From contig CAZWKA010000001.1 of the NCBI GenBank assembly GCA_964634875.1, positions 101,600 to 165,599 of the forward strand: DNA of 64,000 nt. The letters are read 5' to 3'. How positions within the stretch are numbered: the stretch's first letter is position 1; every line of letters begins with the position of its first letter. A program made the position numbers and the translations under genes. Under the pieces are notes generated by a model that saw only the letters and a program-made list of their open reading frames with translations, made no database searches and was not told where the DNA came from. Source of the stretch: an uncultured Gammaproteobacteria bacterium. Lineage in GTDB: Bacteria; Patescibacteriota; Patescibacteriia; Magasanikbacterales; GWA2-37-8. This document shows positions 8,358 to 18,787 of the stretch, in pieces.

Positions 8358-9278
8358 TTATTTTTTTACAGTAATAGTTTTTTCTTCTCCAGTTGCACGC
8401 TTAACGCTTTCATCTTCCAAGTTAAAAACAAAATTTTCGTGCCAGGCAGGTTGTCCAGGTTCAGCAGGTGCGACAGTGAGCGTGAAGTAAATTTGTTTTA
8501 AATTCGGACTGATTCCGCGTACGGCCAAGCTTGCAGTAGGGTATATTTTGCAGGTGTTATCAAAGTCTCCGTTTCCGCCGCACTGCAGGCGGGTAGTGAC
8601 TGGAAACATATTTTTACCGTTGACGGTGATTGTATTGATGGTGGTTTCACCATCGGCCCGGCAACTAACAATCCCCTGTGCGTTCGTGGTGGCGCAGGGA
8701 TTTTCATAACCATATTCAATCGTGAACGTTTTTTGTTCCGGTGTGGTTATGTTTAAACGCGTCTCAGCACAAGGATGGACTAGGTGGATTTTAGTAACTT
8801 CTGGCAAATTGTTTTTTGTGGAAATATAATAGTCCGTTTGGTACCAGCCACAAACATCCCCGTCACTAGTAGTAAGTACTGTAACTGTAGGGTCAGAAGT
8901 AGAAAAGAAGGTCGGTTTGTCACCGTTATTGCTGATAAAAACATTTTGTTCAAGCACCTTTCTTCCGCCGTAGCCGTCAGTGTAGAGGTAGACTGTTCGG
9001 TTTGGCTCGTATCCGAGCGTATGGGTGCTGTCAATTTTCCTTTGGACTGATAGGTTTTTAATGTCCGGATTTGTTGCCTCGGTTTCTTGGGCTATTGGTT
9101 GAATGGAATTGACGGGTAAAAATTTTTCTTGTAACTGGCGTTCCAAAACAACAATGCGTTCTGAAAACATTTTGGTGTACAGTATTCCAGTATAGCCGCT
9201 GACGACCGCTGCGATAACAGTGGTAAGCGCTAATCCGCTAATAAAATAAATAATGATTTGTGGTCGAATGCGACTCAT
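8358..9278 (-). CDS. hypothetical N-terminally membrane-anchored extracytoplasmic protein
   Basis: 306 aa. One N-terminal transmembrane helix (IIIYFISGLALTTVIAAVV), then a Thr/Asn-rich, Cys-containing domain. Confidence 0.45.
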   Translation of the reverse strand: MSRIRPQIIIYFISGLALTTVIAAVVSGYTGILYTKMFSERIVVLERQLQEKFLPVNSIQPIAQETEATNPDIKNLSVQRKIDSTHTLGYEPNRTVYLYTDGYGGRKVLEQNVFISNNGDKPTFFSTSDPTVTVLTTSDGDVCGWYQTDYYISTKNNLPEVTKIHLVHPCAETRLNITTPEQKTFTIEYGYENPCATTNAQGIVSCRADGETTINTITVNGKNMFPVTTRLQCGGNGDFDNTCKIYPTASLAVRGISPNLKQIYFTLTVAPAEPGQPAWHENFVFNLEDESVKRATGEEKTITVKK

Positions 9279-9286
9279 AACAACGT

Positions 9287-10132
9287 TTACTGCAGCAGAT
9301 TTTTAAATTCTGAAACTTTGATAATTTTTTTAGTTTTGACGTTAAAGGCGAGGAGTATGTCTATAGGTTTTTTATTTGCTGTTTCGGCATCACTGCCAAA
9401 GTAGTCTGCCCGGGCTGAAAAATATAGTGTTGCGAGTGTTGTATCGACTCCGGCAAATTCGAGGGCGTTAACATGGTACTGTTCAGGAAGATTGGGGAGG
9501 TAGGCAATAGCCGTGCCAAGCATGATCGCTTTATTTTTTTGGTCATAAGAAATACGCGAGATAGCGCGGGCGGCATCGGTGATAATGAGCGCTGCATCAC
9601 TGGTCTGGTAACTCGTTTCAACTGACAGGGCAGTTGCAGCTGTTGTGTCAATATAGTGGAGCTCTCGTTTCGCAAATTCTGTTAGGCCATTAAGCGGTTT
9701 GATGCTAAGAACCGAAATACTCGGTAGGCTCGTGGTAGAAAAAAAAGGTGCCGAAAGTGCCGCGTTCCAGCTGAGGTAAGCGTCAATACGTTTGGAGGGT
9801 TTGTCGGTTGTATCAATATTGAGTTCGTGGGTGTAGGTAGGTTCAACGCGTAAAGCAGTCGTTTGATTGATTGGGTAGCTGACCAGTTTGTCGTTCCCGG
9901 GGCTGCAAAAACTACCGGCGCCTGGTGTGTCATCGGTGGCGAGGTTATTTTTGAGCCGCAAGGTATCGAGTGCCAATTTTTGCGCGGCAAATTCTTTTTG
10001 GTAGAGCGCGTAATTTTCCTGAAGCGCTGTTTCGAACAAGCTGTGCTCCAAATTGTAGACCACTGCTCCACTCACAACTGCGGTGATGAGCATGGAGGCG
10101 AGAAGTGCAGAACCGCGTATGTGTTTATGCAT
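9287..10132 (-). CDS. hypothetical N-terminally membrane-anchored extracytoplasmic protein
   Basis: 281 aa with an N-terminal signal-anchor (SALLASMLITAVVSGAVV). Co-oriented with and adjacent to the previous ORF. Confidence 0.45.
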   Translation of the reverse strand: MHKHIRGSALLASMLITAVVSGAVVYNLEHSLFETALQENYALYQKEFAAQKLALDTLRLKNNLATDDTPGAGSFCSPGNDKLVSYPINQTTALRVEPTYTHELNIDTTDKPSKRIDAYLSWNAALSAPFFSTTSLPSISVLSIKPLNGLTEFAKRELHYIDTTAATALSVETSYQTSDAALIITDAARAISRISYDQKNKAIMLGTAIAYLPNLPEQYHVNALEFAGVDTTLATLYFSARADYFGSDAETANKKPIDILLAFNVKTKKIIKVSEFKNLLQ

Positions 10133-10146
10133 AAGACTTTAGTTTT

Positions 10147-10266
10147 GTCATTGCGAGGAGTGAGGAACAAACGACGTGGCAATCCCCTCGTTTAAAAGTA
10201 GTATTTATTAAAAAAGACTTCTTAGATTCAAGAGGATTGCTTCGTCGCTCCTCTCCTCGCATGGAC
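10147..10266. repeat. palindromic intergenic repeat, family A copy 1 (termini GTCATTGCGAG ... CTCGCATGGAC)
   Basis: Arms GTCATTGCGAGGAGTGAGGAACAAACGACGTGGCAATCCCCTCG and AGAGGATTGCTTCGTCGCTCCTCTCCTCGCATGGAC are inverted copies of each other. They are near-identical to the arms of copy 3 at 36553-36664. Confidence 0.7.
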
Positions 10267-10272
10267 AAAAAT

Positions 10273-10761
10273 TTAATAATGATATTTTCGTCCGTCCGCA
10301 ATCATCATAGCACGATACAGTTGCTCGAGCAAAAATACCCGCGCCATCTGGTGGGTGAAGGTAAGGTTTGAAAGTGAGAGAGCAAATCCGCCGGGCCGTT
10401 TGCCGATGCCGAGGATTGTGTCATCAAGCCCGAGGGGTCCGCCAATAATGACCGTGAGGGCATGGAACTCTTCTCGCCAGGTGGTGACGAGGGTCGAGAG
10501 TTGTACTGAGTTCATGGGACGCCCACGGCCGTCGAGCACGAGTACGAAGGTATCCTTGATTTTGTTAAGCACCCCGACTATCTTGTCGGCTTCGCGCGCT
10601 TTGACGAGTTCGACCGGGTCTTTTTCATTAAAACTTTCTTCTTTAATTTCATGGATGACAACTTCCGCCCAAGGCGTGAGGCGTTTCAGGTATTCGGCTT
10701 CGGCTTCTTGCCAGTATGATTCTTTGAGGCGGCCGACAACGATAAGGTGGAGTGTAGTCAT
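10273..10761 (-). CDS. rlmH: 23S rRNA (pseudouridine1915-N3)-methyltransferase RlmH (SPOUT)
   Basis: 162 aa. Typical RlmH length and layout (MTTLHLIVVGRLKESYWQEAEAEY... and a C-terminal knot region). Confidence 0.85.
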   Translation of the reverse strand: MTTLHLIVVGRLKESYWQEAEAEYLKRLTPWAEVVIHEIKEESFNEKDPVELVKAREADKIVGVLNKIKDTFVLVLDGRGRPMNSVQLSTLVTTWREEFHALTVIIGGPLGLDDTILGIGKRPGGFALSLSNLTFTHQMARVFLLEQLYRAMMIADGRKYHY

Positions 10762-10877
10762 AGTGCCACTAGATTACTGGATTTTGAGAACTTCAGCAAG
10801 CGCTTTGGTTCAGCAAAGATGTTGTAAAAAGAGGTTCAAAATGCTACTATGCGAGTACTCATTATTAAACAAGGACT

Positions 10878-13235
10878 ATGAGCGATCGATTTGGTGCTTT
10901 TCGCGCTGCCCAGGAACAGCAGGAAGCGCAGCATGGCAATAAGTATGCAAAATGGGCCAAGGAAGCCTATCCGGCCAAAAAAAAAGCTGCGGGCGGACAT
11001 GGTCACGACCATGGCCCTGGAGCCGGTAAGCATGACAAGCACGGTGATCACGGACACGATGCTCATGGGCCAAAAAAAGAAAAGCCGTTCATCAAATTTG
11101 AATATGAGAAAGCCCTGGGGACAGCTCCTTTTATCGCTTTTGCCGAAAAATTTATTACCGAGAACAGCCTTGATAGGGAAGTGTTGCTGAAAGACAAGCA
11201 TGAGCTCGCGCAAATCTGGGATCGTTGGCAAACTGCCGACCGAGCGGCTGCAACCATGAAAGATTTTTATAACAACCTTTTGCGACATGATTTGGAAATA
11301 CACACCAAAGATGAAGCTGAAATACAGGCTGCACTGGCAGGAATCGAAGCGTATGTTAACAAGAAAGCCCTTGTTGTTGAACGTGACCCTAGTCGCGGCT
11401 CCGCACGTGAGGCTATCCGTAAAGCAGGTCTGAAAGCGAAAGAAAAGCTTGCTGTTCTCAAACGCGTGCTCCTCTTACCTGAAGTTGAAGGTTATGCATT
11501 GCTTGAAAAAGAAGAAATGGCTGATGAGTTTGCGCCTACCGGAGCAATAGATGTTAGCTACCTTGAGAACATAGAAAAACCAAGGTTGCAATTGATAATT
11601 GATCAAAATGATTTGAGAAAAAAACGCGAAGACCTGCTGCAAAAATTGGGCACCAAGAAAAGCGCTGGTACGATCCGCACCGGTCGGCATATAGTCCAGG
11701 CTGAAAAAGATACTGATCCGGAAATTGTGGCTGCTCGGATCGACCTTATGAATGTTGAGCGGGAAATGGGCGAAAAAGGAATCCCCATTGAAGATCCAAC
11801 CGCCGACGGTCTCGAAGAGATCGCTCAGAAGCTCAAAGATATTAAAGAATTCGAGAGCCATGAAGCCCAGATTAAAAAAACCAGCAAAACGCTGAAACAA
11901 GAAGCTGAAAGTTGGCGCTGGGGAGGGGATGACGAAAAAATGATTAAAAATGCTTCGGAACGTCTCCAAAAATTAGAAGCTATTTTAAATTCAAATAGTA
12001 AAAAGGAACAGGTTCAAATTATTAATGAGCTCAGCCTTCGCCATCGGTATATTAAAGGGCCGGGTATTTTTAATGCCCTTGCCCTTATTGATAAGGTAGA
12101 TTTGAATATCCTTAAAGATGATATCAACCGGCTGCGGGCGGGTATTAGCCAAGAAAAACCCGTCAAGAAGTATCAGGAACAAGCCGCCAGGATTTTAGAT
12201 AGTGCTGGAGAACCTGATCCGGCCAAAGACCGCGCTCGTGAACTCGAGCGTATTGAAAAAGAGCGTCCGGCACTGCAGCTTGCAGAAATTAAAGCTTTGG
12301 GGCTTGAAGGCCGTTATCTCGACTCATCTGGCGCTATTAAAGACGATGTTCTTCGCAACGACGTCAGCTTTAGCGTCCAGACGCTCGACAAGCGTAAAGC
12401 TATGGCTCGCGCTATAAAAGAAAACCTGCTCGCTTTTAAGGATGCGGGTCAATCAGTCCTCGAGGCGGCCCGTGAAACGGTAAAAAAGAATGTAGAATGG
12501 CTGGTGGCTGAAGAAGGGAATATCGAGACAGAAAAAAGTGAGTTGCAGGAAGACGTAGATGCCTGGGAGCGTGAGTTGCCGGAGCACTCCAAAGCCTTAG
12601 CCCAAGACGAGGCTGAATTCAAAAGCCGCAAAGAGGCTTTTGTTATTGCTGAGGATACTTATAAAAAAGATTTGAAAGCACTGAAGGATAAGCCGCCTAA
12701 AGATGCTGCGACCGTTGATGCCGAACGTAGCCGTTTAGAAGGAGAAAAAGTCCGTCTGACTGGAGAAGAAAGAGACATCCAAGACCTGGAGTCAAGGACA
12801 AAGCGACTCAAGAAAGACCTGGAAGATGTGTCGCGGGAGTTTGCAGAGCGTGAAAAAAAATTGGCTGAGAAAGTTCGACGTTCTGAGGAGATACTACTAC
12901 ATTACCGCAAAGCCAAAGATTCAATCCTGGGGTACGATGAGCCGATTAAGGCCGACAGTGCTTTAAAAGACGCGGCAGACAAGCTTGAACAACGGCATAA
13001 AGACCGTCATATGGCTGAAGTAAAAAGTAAGGCTGATACAGTGGTGGCGCTTTTCGCCGATGCCAGTATCAAATATGATGATGTCAAAAAGCGGATAGCT
13101 GCTGCCAAGTTTTCTCTAGACGAAATCAGAGGGGTGCTGAGAAAAAAAATTCAGGAACGCATTGATGCTGACCCGAAACTGCCACTTGATCGGATGGGTT
13201 TGGCAAAAAAATTACTTAAAGAATTGGCTAAATAA
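10878..13235 (+). CDS. large K/E-rich coiled-coil protein with His-rich N-terminal segment
   Basis: 785 aa. N-terminal GHGHDHGPGAGKHDKHGDHGHDAHG stretch. The rest is highly charged with long predicted coiled coils. No enzymatic motif. Confidence 0.5.
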   Translation: MSDRFGAFRAAQEQQEAQHGNKYAKWAKEAYPAKKKAAGGHGHDHGPGAGKHDKHGDHGHDAHGPKKEKPFIKFEYEKALGTAPFIAFAEKFITENSLDREVLLKDKHELAQIWDRWQTADRAAATMKDFYNNLLRHDLEIHTKDEAEIQAALAGIEAYVNKKALVVERDPSRGSAREAIRKAGLKAKEKLAVLKRVLLLPEVEGYALLEKEEMADEFAPTGAIDVSYLENIEKPRLQLIIDQNDLRKKREDLLQKLGTKKSAGTIRTGRHIVQAEKDTDPEIVAARIDLMNVEREMGEKGIPIEDPTADGLEEIAQKLKDIKEFESHEAQIKKTSKTLKQEAESWRWGGDDEKMIKNASERLQKLEAILNSNSKKEQVQIINELSLRHRYIKGPGIFNALALIDKVDLNILKDDINRLRAGISQEKPVKKYQEQAARILDSAGEPDPAKDRARELERIEKERPALQLAEIKALGLEGRYLDSSGAIKDDVLRNDVSFSVQTLDKRKAMARAIKENLLAFKDAGQSVLEAARETVKKNVEWLVAEEGNIETEKSELQEDVDAWERELPEHSKALAQDEAEFKSRKEAFVIAEDTYKKDLKALKDKPPKDAATVDAERSRLEGEKVRLTGEERDIQDLESRTKRLKKDLEDVSREFAEREKKLAEKVRRSEEILLHYRKAKDSILGYDEPIKADSALKDAADKLEQRHKDRHMAEVKSKADTVVALFADASIKYDDVKKRIAAAKFSLDEIRGVLRKKIQERIDADPKLPLDRMGLAKKLLKELAK

Positions 13236-13237
13236 GT

Positions 13238-13525
13238 ATGGTTACCGCTGCTGAACTTGAAACCCTGGTAGCCCAAGAGCGCTGGGAGGAAGCGCTCGCG
13301 AGTCTGGAGGAGTCACTCCGTAGTAGTTTGACCCCGGAAGAACACACGGCTGCTGCAGTTGAGTTGGCGCTGTTGTATGTGAAAATTGATAATGCGTTAA
13401 CCGGCAAGTATCTTGAAAAAACAGCTGAAATCGATGAGCTTCTCAAACAGATTGATGTCCGAGAAGCGGAAATAAACAATGAAGAATCAATCGCTAAGAT
13501 TAAAGACCATATTGATAACCTTTAA
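13238..13525 (+). CDS. small acidic hypothetical protein, likely co-transcribed with the upstream coiled-coil gene
   Basis: 95 aa. ATG lies 3 nt after the preceding stop. Helical and acidic composition. Confidence 0.4.
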   Translation: MVTAAELETLVAQERWEEALASLEESLRSSLTPEEHTAAAVELALLYVKIDNALTGKYLEKTAEIDELLKQIDVREAEINNEESIAKIKDHIDNL

Positions 13526-13542
13526 ATAAAAGAGCTGGGAAA

Positions 13543-14763
13543 TTATTCCCAGCTCTTTTTAAATTCGAGAAAACAATCGTTTTTAATTGCTGCCCGGGTC
13601 TGTTCCATGAGCTTGAGGAGGAAGCTCAGGTTGTGGATGCTCGCCAAGCGCAGTGCTGTCAGTTCGTCGGCGTCAAAGAGGTGGTGCAGGTAACTGCGCG
13701 TATAGTTTTGGCAGGTCGAACAGGCGCAATCCTGATCAATTGGTTTTGTGTCTGTTTTGAATGAACCATTTTTAATATTCAATCGATGTTTTTTGCTGCT
13801 GTCTTTGGTGTAGAGCATGCCGTGGCGGGCGAGGCGGGTGGGGGCTACGCAGTCAAACATGTCCACACCGTGTTCAACCGCAACGAGCAGGTCAAAAGGC
13901 GAAAGGCCGACTCCCATCGCATAATGCGGCTTATCTTCGGGGATAAGCGGGAAAACCCAGTCCAAAATTTTGGCCGTTGCTTCCATATTGTAGCCAATTG
14001 ATTCGCCGCCAATAGCAATGCCATCAAATGGGAGGCTGGCAATAAATCTGGCTGATTCCTCGCGCAGACCCTGGTGAAGCGCGCCTTGGATAATCCCGAA
14101 CAAAAATTGGCGGTAGCCGTGGTGACGGGTATTTTTCTGATGTTCATCAATACAGCGTTTGGCCCAAGCATGGGTGCGAGCAAGTGCGGTCTGCGCATAT
14201 TTTTCGTCGGCATCATCCGGCGTACATTCGTCAAACGCCATGATGATATCTGCCCCAATTTTATGCTGGGTAACAATTGCGCTTTCGGGTGTAAAACGGT
14301 GTTTAGAGCCGTCGATGTGCGACGTAAAAGTTACGCCGTCGTCATCGATTGAGACCAGCTTGCCCTGACTTTCGGTTTTAGATTGCTCTGGGGTTGATTT
14401 ATTTTCCCCTGAAGTAAAGGTGCCCTGGCCAGCTTTTTTTTCTTTTTGTAATCCAAGACTAAACACCTGGAATCCGCCGCTGTCGGTGAGGATGGGTTTA
14501 TCCCAGTGCATGAATTTGTGGAGGCCACCTTGAGTATCGAGCAGATCTTCGCCAGGTCGAAGGTGAAGGTGGTAGGTGTTGCCGAGGATGATTTGGGCGT
14601 CAATGTTTTTTAAATCGGTTTGGTCAAGCGTTTTGACGGTCCCCTGGGTTCCAACCGGCATAAAAATCGGCGTTTCAATGTCGCCGTGGTCAGTATGCAT
14701 GATACCGGTTCGTGCCTTCGTGGCGTTGTCTTTGTGGATAATTTCGAAAAATGGTTTTTCCAT
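13543..14763 (-). CDS. tgt: queuine tRNA-ribosyltransferase
   Basis: 406 aa. PVGTQGTVK, ILGNTYHLHLRPG, catalytic Asp region DECTP, and a C-terminal zinc site (CACSTCQ ... H). Confidence 0.92.
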   Translation of the reverse strand: MEKPFFEIIHKDNATKARTGIMHTDHGDIETPIFMPVGTQGTVKTLDQTDLKNIDAQIILGNTYHLHLRPGEDLLDTQGGLHKFMHWDKPILTDSGGFQVFSLGLQKEKKAGQGTFTSGENKSTPEQSKTESQGKLVSIDDDGVTFTSHIDGSKHRFTPESAIVTQHKIGADIIMAFDECTPDDADEKYAQTALARTHAWAKRCIDEHQKNTRHHGYRQFLFGIIQGALHQGLREESARFIASLPFDGIAIGGESIGYNMEATAKILDWVFPLIPEDKPHYAMGVGLSPFDLLVAVEHGVDMFDCVAPTRLARHGMLYTKDSSKKHRLNIKNGSFKTDTKPIDQDCACSTCQNYTRSYLHHLFDADELTALRLASIHNLSFLLKLMEQTRAAIKNDCFLEFKKSWE

Positions 14764-14840
14764 ATGGTAGAGATACTAAACTATCTTGCCGCTTGGCGCA
14801 AGGCGTGGTATTTTATGACGACTATTCTTATTTTGATGGT

Positions 14841-15554
14841 ATGTCTGAACGCGAAATGTCTTATGAAGAATTAATGGAGGCAATTAAAGATCAGCCCGAA
14901 CCAATCAAGCAACACTCCGCCGAAGCGCAGCGTATCGAAACTGACCCAAACCTGCGTATTGTCGCAACCTACGGATCCGGTGAAAAGGTAGAACGTTTTG
15001 GTGTTGTTCTCGACGAAAACGGTCGCAGCAATCTCAAAAATGAAGCAGCTAAAGAAGCCTTTGATAAAGGCTGGATACGATTTACCGATACGCCCGAAGG
15101 ACGCCGGGTTGGTCTGACCAAAAAGGGGAGTCATTATTTAAATGAGCTAGCGGAAGATGAGGCGGGGCAGTTGCGTTCCCTCGATATTGACCCACGCGCC
15201 CATGTTGAAGTCCGTACGCGTTTAATAGAAGCGATTAAAGATCCGGTTCAGCGTATTTTGAATACGTTTACGGCTCGTTATAAAACATATTTAAGAGACC
15301 AGTACGGCCTTGAGTTTGAGGTGGAGGAAGAGCTCGAAGAAGGAAGGTGTCGAGTGTATCTTATGAATGTTCGAAATGGCGGTAAAAATAGCCGCTCAGT
15401 CCAAGAGGATTTTGTTATCCCGTGCCAGAGCGATCGTGTTTTTAAGCAAGCCTGCACCCTCCTACACGACCGTGTTGTTGATCGCTATAATGTGCTCGAT
15501 AAAAATTTTCCGACAAAAAGAGAAGAAAAAAATGAGGAAGATAAAGTTGCTTAA
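14841..15554 (+). CDS. hypothetical protein
   Basis: Start chosen at ATG 14841 (MSEREMSYEEL...). Track ORF 14751..15554 begins inside tgt, so the start is uncertain. Acidic N-terminus and K/E-rich C-terminus. Confidence 0.4.
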   Translation: MSEREMSYEELMEAIKDQPEPIKQHSAEAQRIETDPNLRIVATYGSGEKVERFGVVLDENGRSNLKNEAAKEAFDKGWIRFTDTPEGRRVGLTKKGSHYLNELAEDEAGQLRSLDIDPRAHVEVRTRLIEAIKDPVQRILNTFTARYKTYLRDQYGLEFEVEEELEEGRCRVYLMNVRNGGKNSRSVQEDFVIPCQSDRVFKQACTLLHDRVVDRYNVLDKNFPTKREEKNEEDKVA

Positions 15555-15559
15555 ATACA

Positions 15560-17581
15560 ATGATTAATTTTGCTCACGAACTTAATGATGAACAGCTCCG
15601 TGTTGTCGAAGCAGGCGATGGCCCATGTTTAGTGTTGGCCGGAGCGGGTAGTGGCAAGACCCGTACGATTACGTACCGGGTAGCCTACCTCCTCGAAAAA
15701 GGAATCCATCCATCACAAATTTTACTTGTTACGTTTACCAACAAAGCTGCCCGTGAAATGAATGAGCGTCTGCACGTGCTCACGGGTGCAAAGTTGCCGT
15801 GGTCTGGAACGTTCCACCATATTGCGTACCGGCTTTTAAAAATCCACGCTGTTCAGCTCGGGTACAAGAATAATTTTAGCGTTCTTGATAGCGATGACAG
15901 TAACGCGATCATCAAGACCTGTGTTAAAAATGTTAAACAGGTAAGCAAAAAATTTCCGTCGGCGAATGTGCTCCATTCGATTTTGAGTTACGCCAAAAAT
16001 ACGGAACTTGCCCTGGAAGAGGTGCTTGAATTGAAATATCCATCATGGCTCGCGCTTGCAGAAGACATTCAAAATGTCGGGCGGGAGTATGAGCAAAAAA
16101 AGAAAGAGGGGAATGCGATGGATTTTGATGATCTGCTCTATAACGCAGCGATACTTTTAAACCACCCTGAAACGCGGCAAAGGTATGCGGAGCAGTTCAA
16201 GTATATTTTAGTTGATGAATACCAGGATACGAACAAGTTGCAGGCGTCGCTGATTAATCGTTTCGCCTCGGTACACCGTAATTTATTGGTAGTAGGGGAT
16301 GATGCGCAGAGTATTTATTCGTTCCGCGGGGCCGATATTAATAATATTTTGGAATTTGAACAAGACTACCCGCAGGCAAAAATTTTTAAATTAGAAACCA
16401 ACTACCGTTCGGTGGCACCGATTCTTGAACTCGCTAACCAAGTGATTGCCAATAATACCAAGCAGTATAAAAAAGAACTCCGTACCATCAAAAACGAAGG
16501 TGACCGGCCTGAGCTCCGGCCGCATGTTGACCAGGGGTCGGAAGCCAGTTTTGTGGTGAAAAAAATAAGTGAGCTGCTGGATACAGGGACATCACCAAAA
16601 GAAATCGCCGTGCTCTTCCGCGCTTCGCACCATTCACAGCGCCTGGAACTGGAATTATCGCGGGCTGGTATTGTGTATGAATACCGCGGTGGTTTGCGTT
16701 TTTTTGAGCGTGCGCATATCAAGGATGTGCTTTCGTATTTGCGTGTTATTGATAACCCCGTTGATACAGCGGCGTGGCTCCGTATATTACTCCGCGAAGA
16801 TGGTATTGGCCCTTCGGCAGCAGACAAATTGATTGCTGCTATTCGCCAGCTTGATTCCTTGGATAACCTGGAAGGATTAGGTGTAAGTATCCTCAGTAGT
16901 AAGGCGTTAGTTGGTTGGAATAATTTTATGAGTATTTGGAAAGCGTTAACGCTGTTGCCTGAAAAAGATCCAAGCATCATGATCGAAGCGCTTTTAAAAT
17001 CGCCGTATCGCGAGTATGTCGAGACGGAATTTATTGATAGCCGCGATCGGCTAGCAGATATCGAAGAGCTCAAATCGTTTGCCGAAAAATACGACGACCT
17101 GAATACTTTTTTGTCCGAAACAACACTGCAGGAGTCTTTTACCATTGCCACTGGCGCATCAGTACAAACGACCGACCCAAAAGATAAAATTGTTCTATCA
17201 ACTATTCATCAAGCCAAAGGGTTGGAATGGGAATATGTTTTTATCGTAAATCTTGCCCGTGGCGCATTTCCGAATGATCGCTCGCTTCAGGAAGAACATG
17301 GACTCGAAGAAGAGCGCCGGTTATTCTATGTGGCAATCACCCGTGCGAAACAAAAATTATTTTTGACGTATCCCTTGGCGAGCGGCAGTTACGGAGATTT
17401 TTTGGCTGGCCCAAGTTTGCTCTTAGAAGAAGTGAATCCAGAGCTCTACGACGACCACGCACTGCTTTCCGTAAATACAACTGTTTTGAATGACCCTACC
17501 AGCGACATTCGGTATGTTTCTGAAGACGAGGAATTTAAAATAAAACCAGGTAGTTTTTTGCGTGATCTTGATGATTTATAA
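15560..17581 (+). CDS. ATP-dependent DNA helicase, UvrD/PcrA/Rep family
   Basis: 673 aa. Walker A LVLAGAGSGKTRTITYRVAYLL, motif II VDEYQDTN, motif III VVGDDAQSIYSFRGA, motif VI VAITRAK. Confidence 0.9.
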   Translation: MINFAHELNDEQLRVVEAGDGPCLVLAGAGSGKTRTITYRVAYLLEKGIHPSQILLVTFTNKAAREMNERLHVLTGAKLPWSGTFHHIAYRLLKIHAVQLGYKNNFSVLDSDDSNAIIKTCVKNVKQVSKKFPSANVLHSILSYAKNTELALEEVLELKYPSWLALAEDIQNVGREYEQKKKEGNAMDFDDLLYNAAILLNHPETRQRYAEQFKYILVDEYQDTNKLQASLINRFASVHRNLLVVGDDAQSIYSFRGADINNILEFEQDYPQAKIFKLETNYRSVAPILELANQVIANNTKQYKKELRTIKNEGDRPELRPHVDQGSEASFVVKKISELLDTGTSPKEIAVLFRASHHSQRLELELSRAGIVYEYRGGLRFFERAHIKDVLSYLRVIDNPVDTAAWLRILLREDGIGPSAADKLIAAIRQLDSLDNLEGLGVSILSSKALVGWNNFMSIWKALTLLPEKDPSIMIEALLKSPYREYVETEFIDSRDRLADIEELKSFAEKYDDLNTFLSETTLQESFTIATGASVQTTDPKDKIVLSTIHQAKGLEWEYVFIVNLARGAFPNDRSLQEEHGLEEERRLFYVAITRAKQKLFLTYPLASGSYGDFLAGPSLLLEEVNPELYDDHALLSVNTTVLNDPTSDIRYVSEDEEFKIKPGSFLRDLDDL

Positions 17582-17654
17582 ATAGTAGTGCTGGCGAACG
17601 AATGTCGGGCTTTGCGCTGGAAAAAATATATTTTTAGTTTTAGTACCTATAAAA

Positions 17655-17683
17655 ATAATCCCGAAACTCGGGATTATTTTTTT
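17655..17683. terminator. bidirectional intrinsic terminator
   Basis: AATAATCCCGAAACTCGGGATTATT stem-loop flanked by A-run and T-run. Confidence 0.6.
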
Positions 17684-17757
17684 CTTCTGTTTACCACGTA
17701 GGTGATCTGCAGAATGAAGTCTCGGACGTCTGGCGGGGTGCCAGACGTCCGGTGGTG

Positions 17758-18165
17758 TTATCTGAGCCGCTCAGCGCCGAAGCGCTCGCGGTGCTTCAGC
17801 TCGCTGAGCCAGCTGAAGCCGTAGAGCCCCAAGCCGACCGCGGCCAGGCCGAGGCAGGGTAGCATGAGGCGGCTTTCGAAAATGCTGCCGGCCAGCACGT
17901 TCATGAGCGTCAAAAAGCCGATCACGATCACGCACGCGAGATCGTACAGATCGAAGTGGTTCCGATCGATGCGCGTTGCCTGGGTGAGCTTCAGGCACGC
18001 GAGAAGTACGGTGCTGAGGAGCTGGACTCCCGCCAGCAACTGGAACTCCGGGGTGGTGAGGCCGCCAGTGGCAATCAGCGCCCCGATCGTGAGCGAGGCG
18101 AAAATACTGGCCTTGGCGGACGTTTCGGCTATAGTGTGCTTGAACATTGTTGTGATCCTCCCCAA
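17758..18165 (-). CDS. hypothetical four-helix membrane protein encoded in a GC-rich segment
   Basis: 135 aa with four predicted transmembrane helices. High GC3 codon usage, unlike the flanking DNA. Confidence 0.45.
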   Translation of the reverse strand: MGRITTMFKHTIAETSAKASIFASLTIGALIATGGLTTPEFQLLAGVQLLSTVLLACLKLTQATRIDRNHFDLYDLACVIVIGFLTLMNVLAGSIFESRLMLPCLGLAAVGLGLYGFSWLSELKHRERFGAERLR

Positions 18166-18592
18166 AAAATGTGGTTTTCTAGCTGAAAAGAGAGTTTTTA
18201 ACTACCTTTTTAGCTAGAAAACAAGGTAAAGAACAACGAAACACCCTAGCACATTTTGAAGGTTTTGTCAAGACTCGGTTGCGTTGTTTTAGCCAAAAAA
18301 GCTATTTAGTAGACCTGCTTAAAATTGAACACGAAATGTTGTTGACAAAAATGAAAAAAACAGGTATTGTATTAATCTTCCTGAAATTCAAATATTGAAC
18401 ACTAAGGAAGCATCGTTCATTACATTAGAGAAGAAGAGCAGAAGTTAGGCAAATTTCCTGAAACAGTCAGAGAAAAAATGTACGGTATGGGCAGAATAAT
18501 CTGTCTATACCTATTGGGTACATTGGTTTTTTATCTGTTTCAGGATTCGGCTCTCGCAAGAGCTAACGCCCGTTATCATCTGTGGAGGGACT

Positions 18593-18787
18593 TTGATGCA
18601 CAGCCAGACCAGCTATTTTGCTGATATCTTCGGGACGCGCCAGAACAACGAGCGGTTGCGGCAGCAGACCTGGAGCCAGCCTTCGTGCTGCGCCGCCTGC
18701 TGCGGGCCGTCCACCTACAAGGTGGGGCACGCGCTCCTCGGCTTGGCGCTCTCACACGCCCCGCTTCTCTTCCTTCTCTTCGCCTAG
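18593..18787 (+). CDS. candidate small Cys-rich protein with hydrophobic C-terminus (GC-rich)
   Basis: 64 aa. SD-like GGAGGG 6-8 nt upstream of the ATG. CC-x2-CC motif (SCCAACCG). High GC3. The alternative frame 18618..19052 is Arg/Pro-rich and probably spurious. Confidence 0.25.
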   Translation: MMHSQTSYFADIFGTRQNNERLRQQTWSQPSCCAACCGPSTYKVGHALLGLALSHAPLLFLLFA

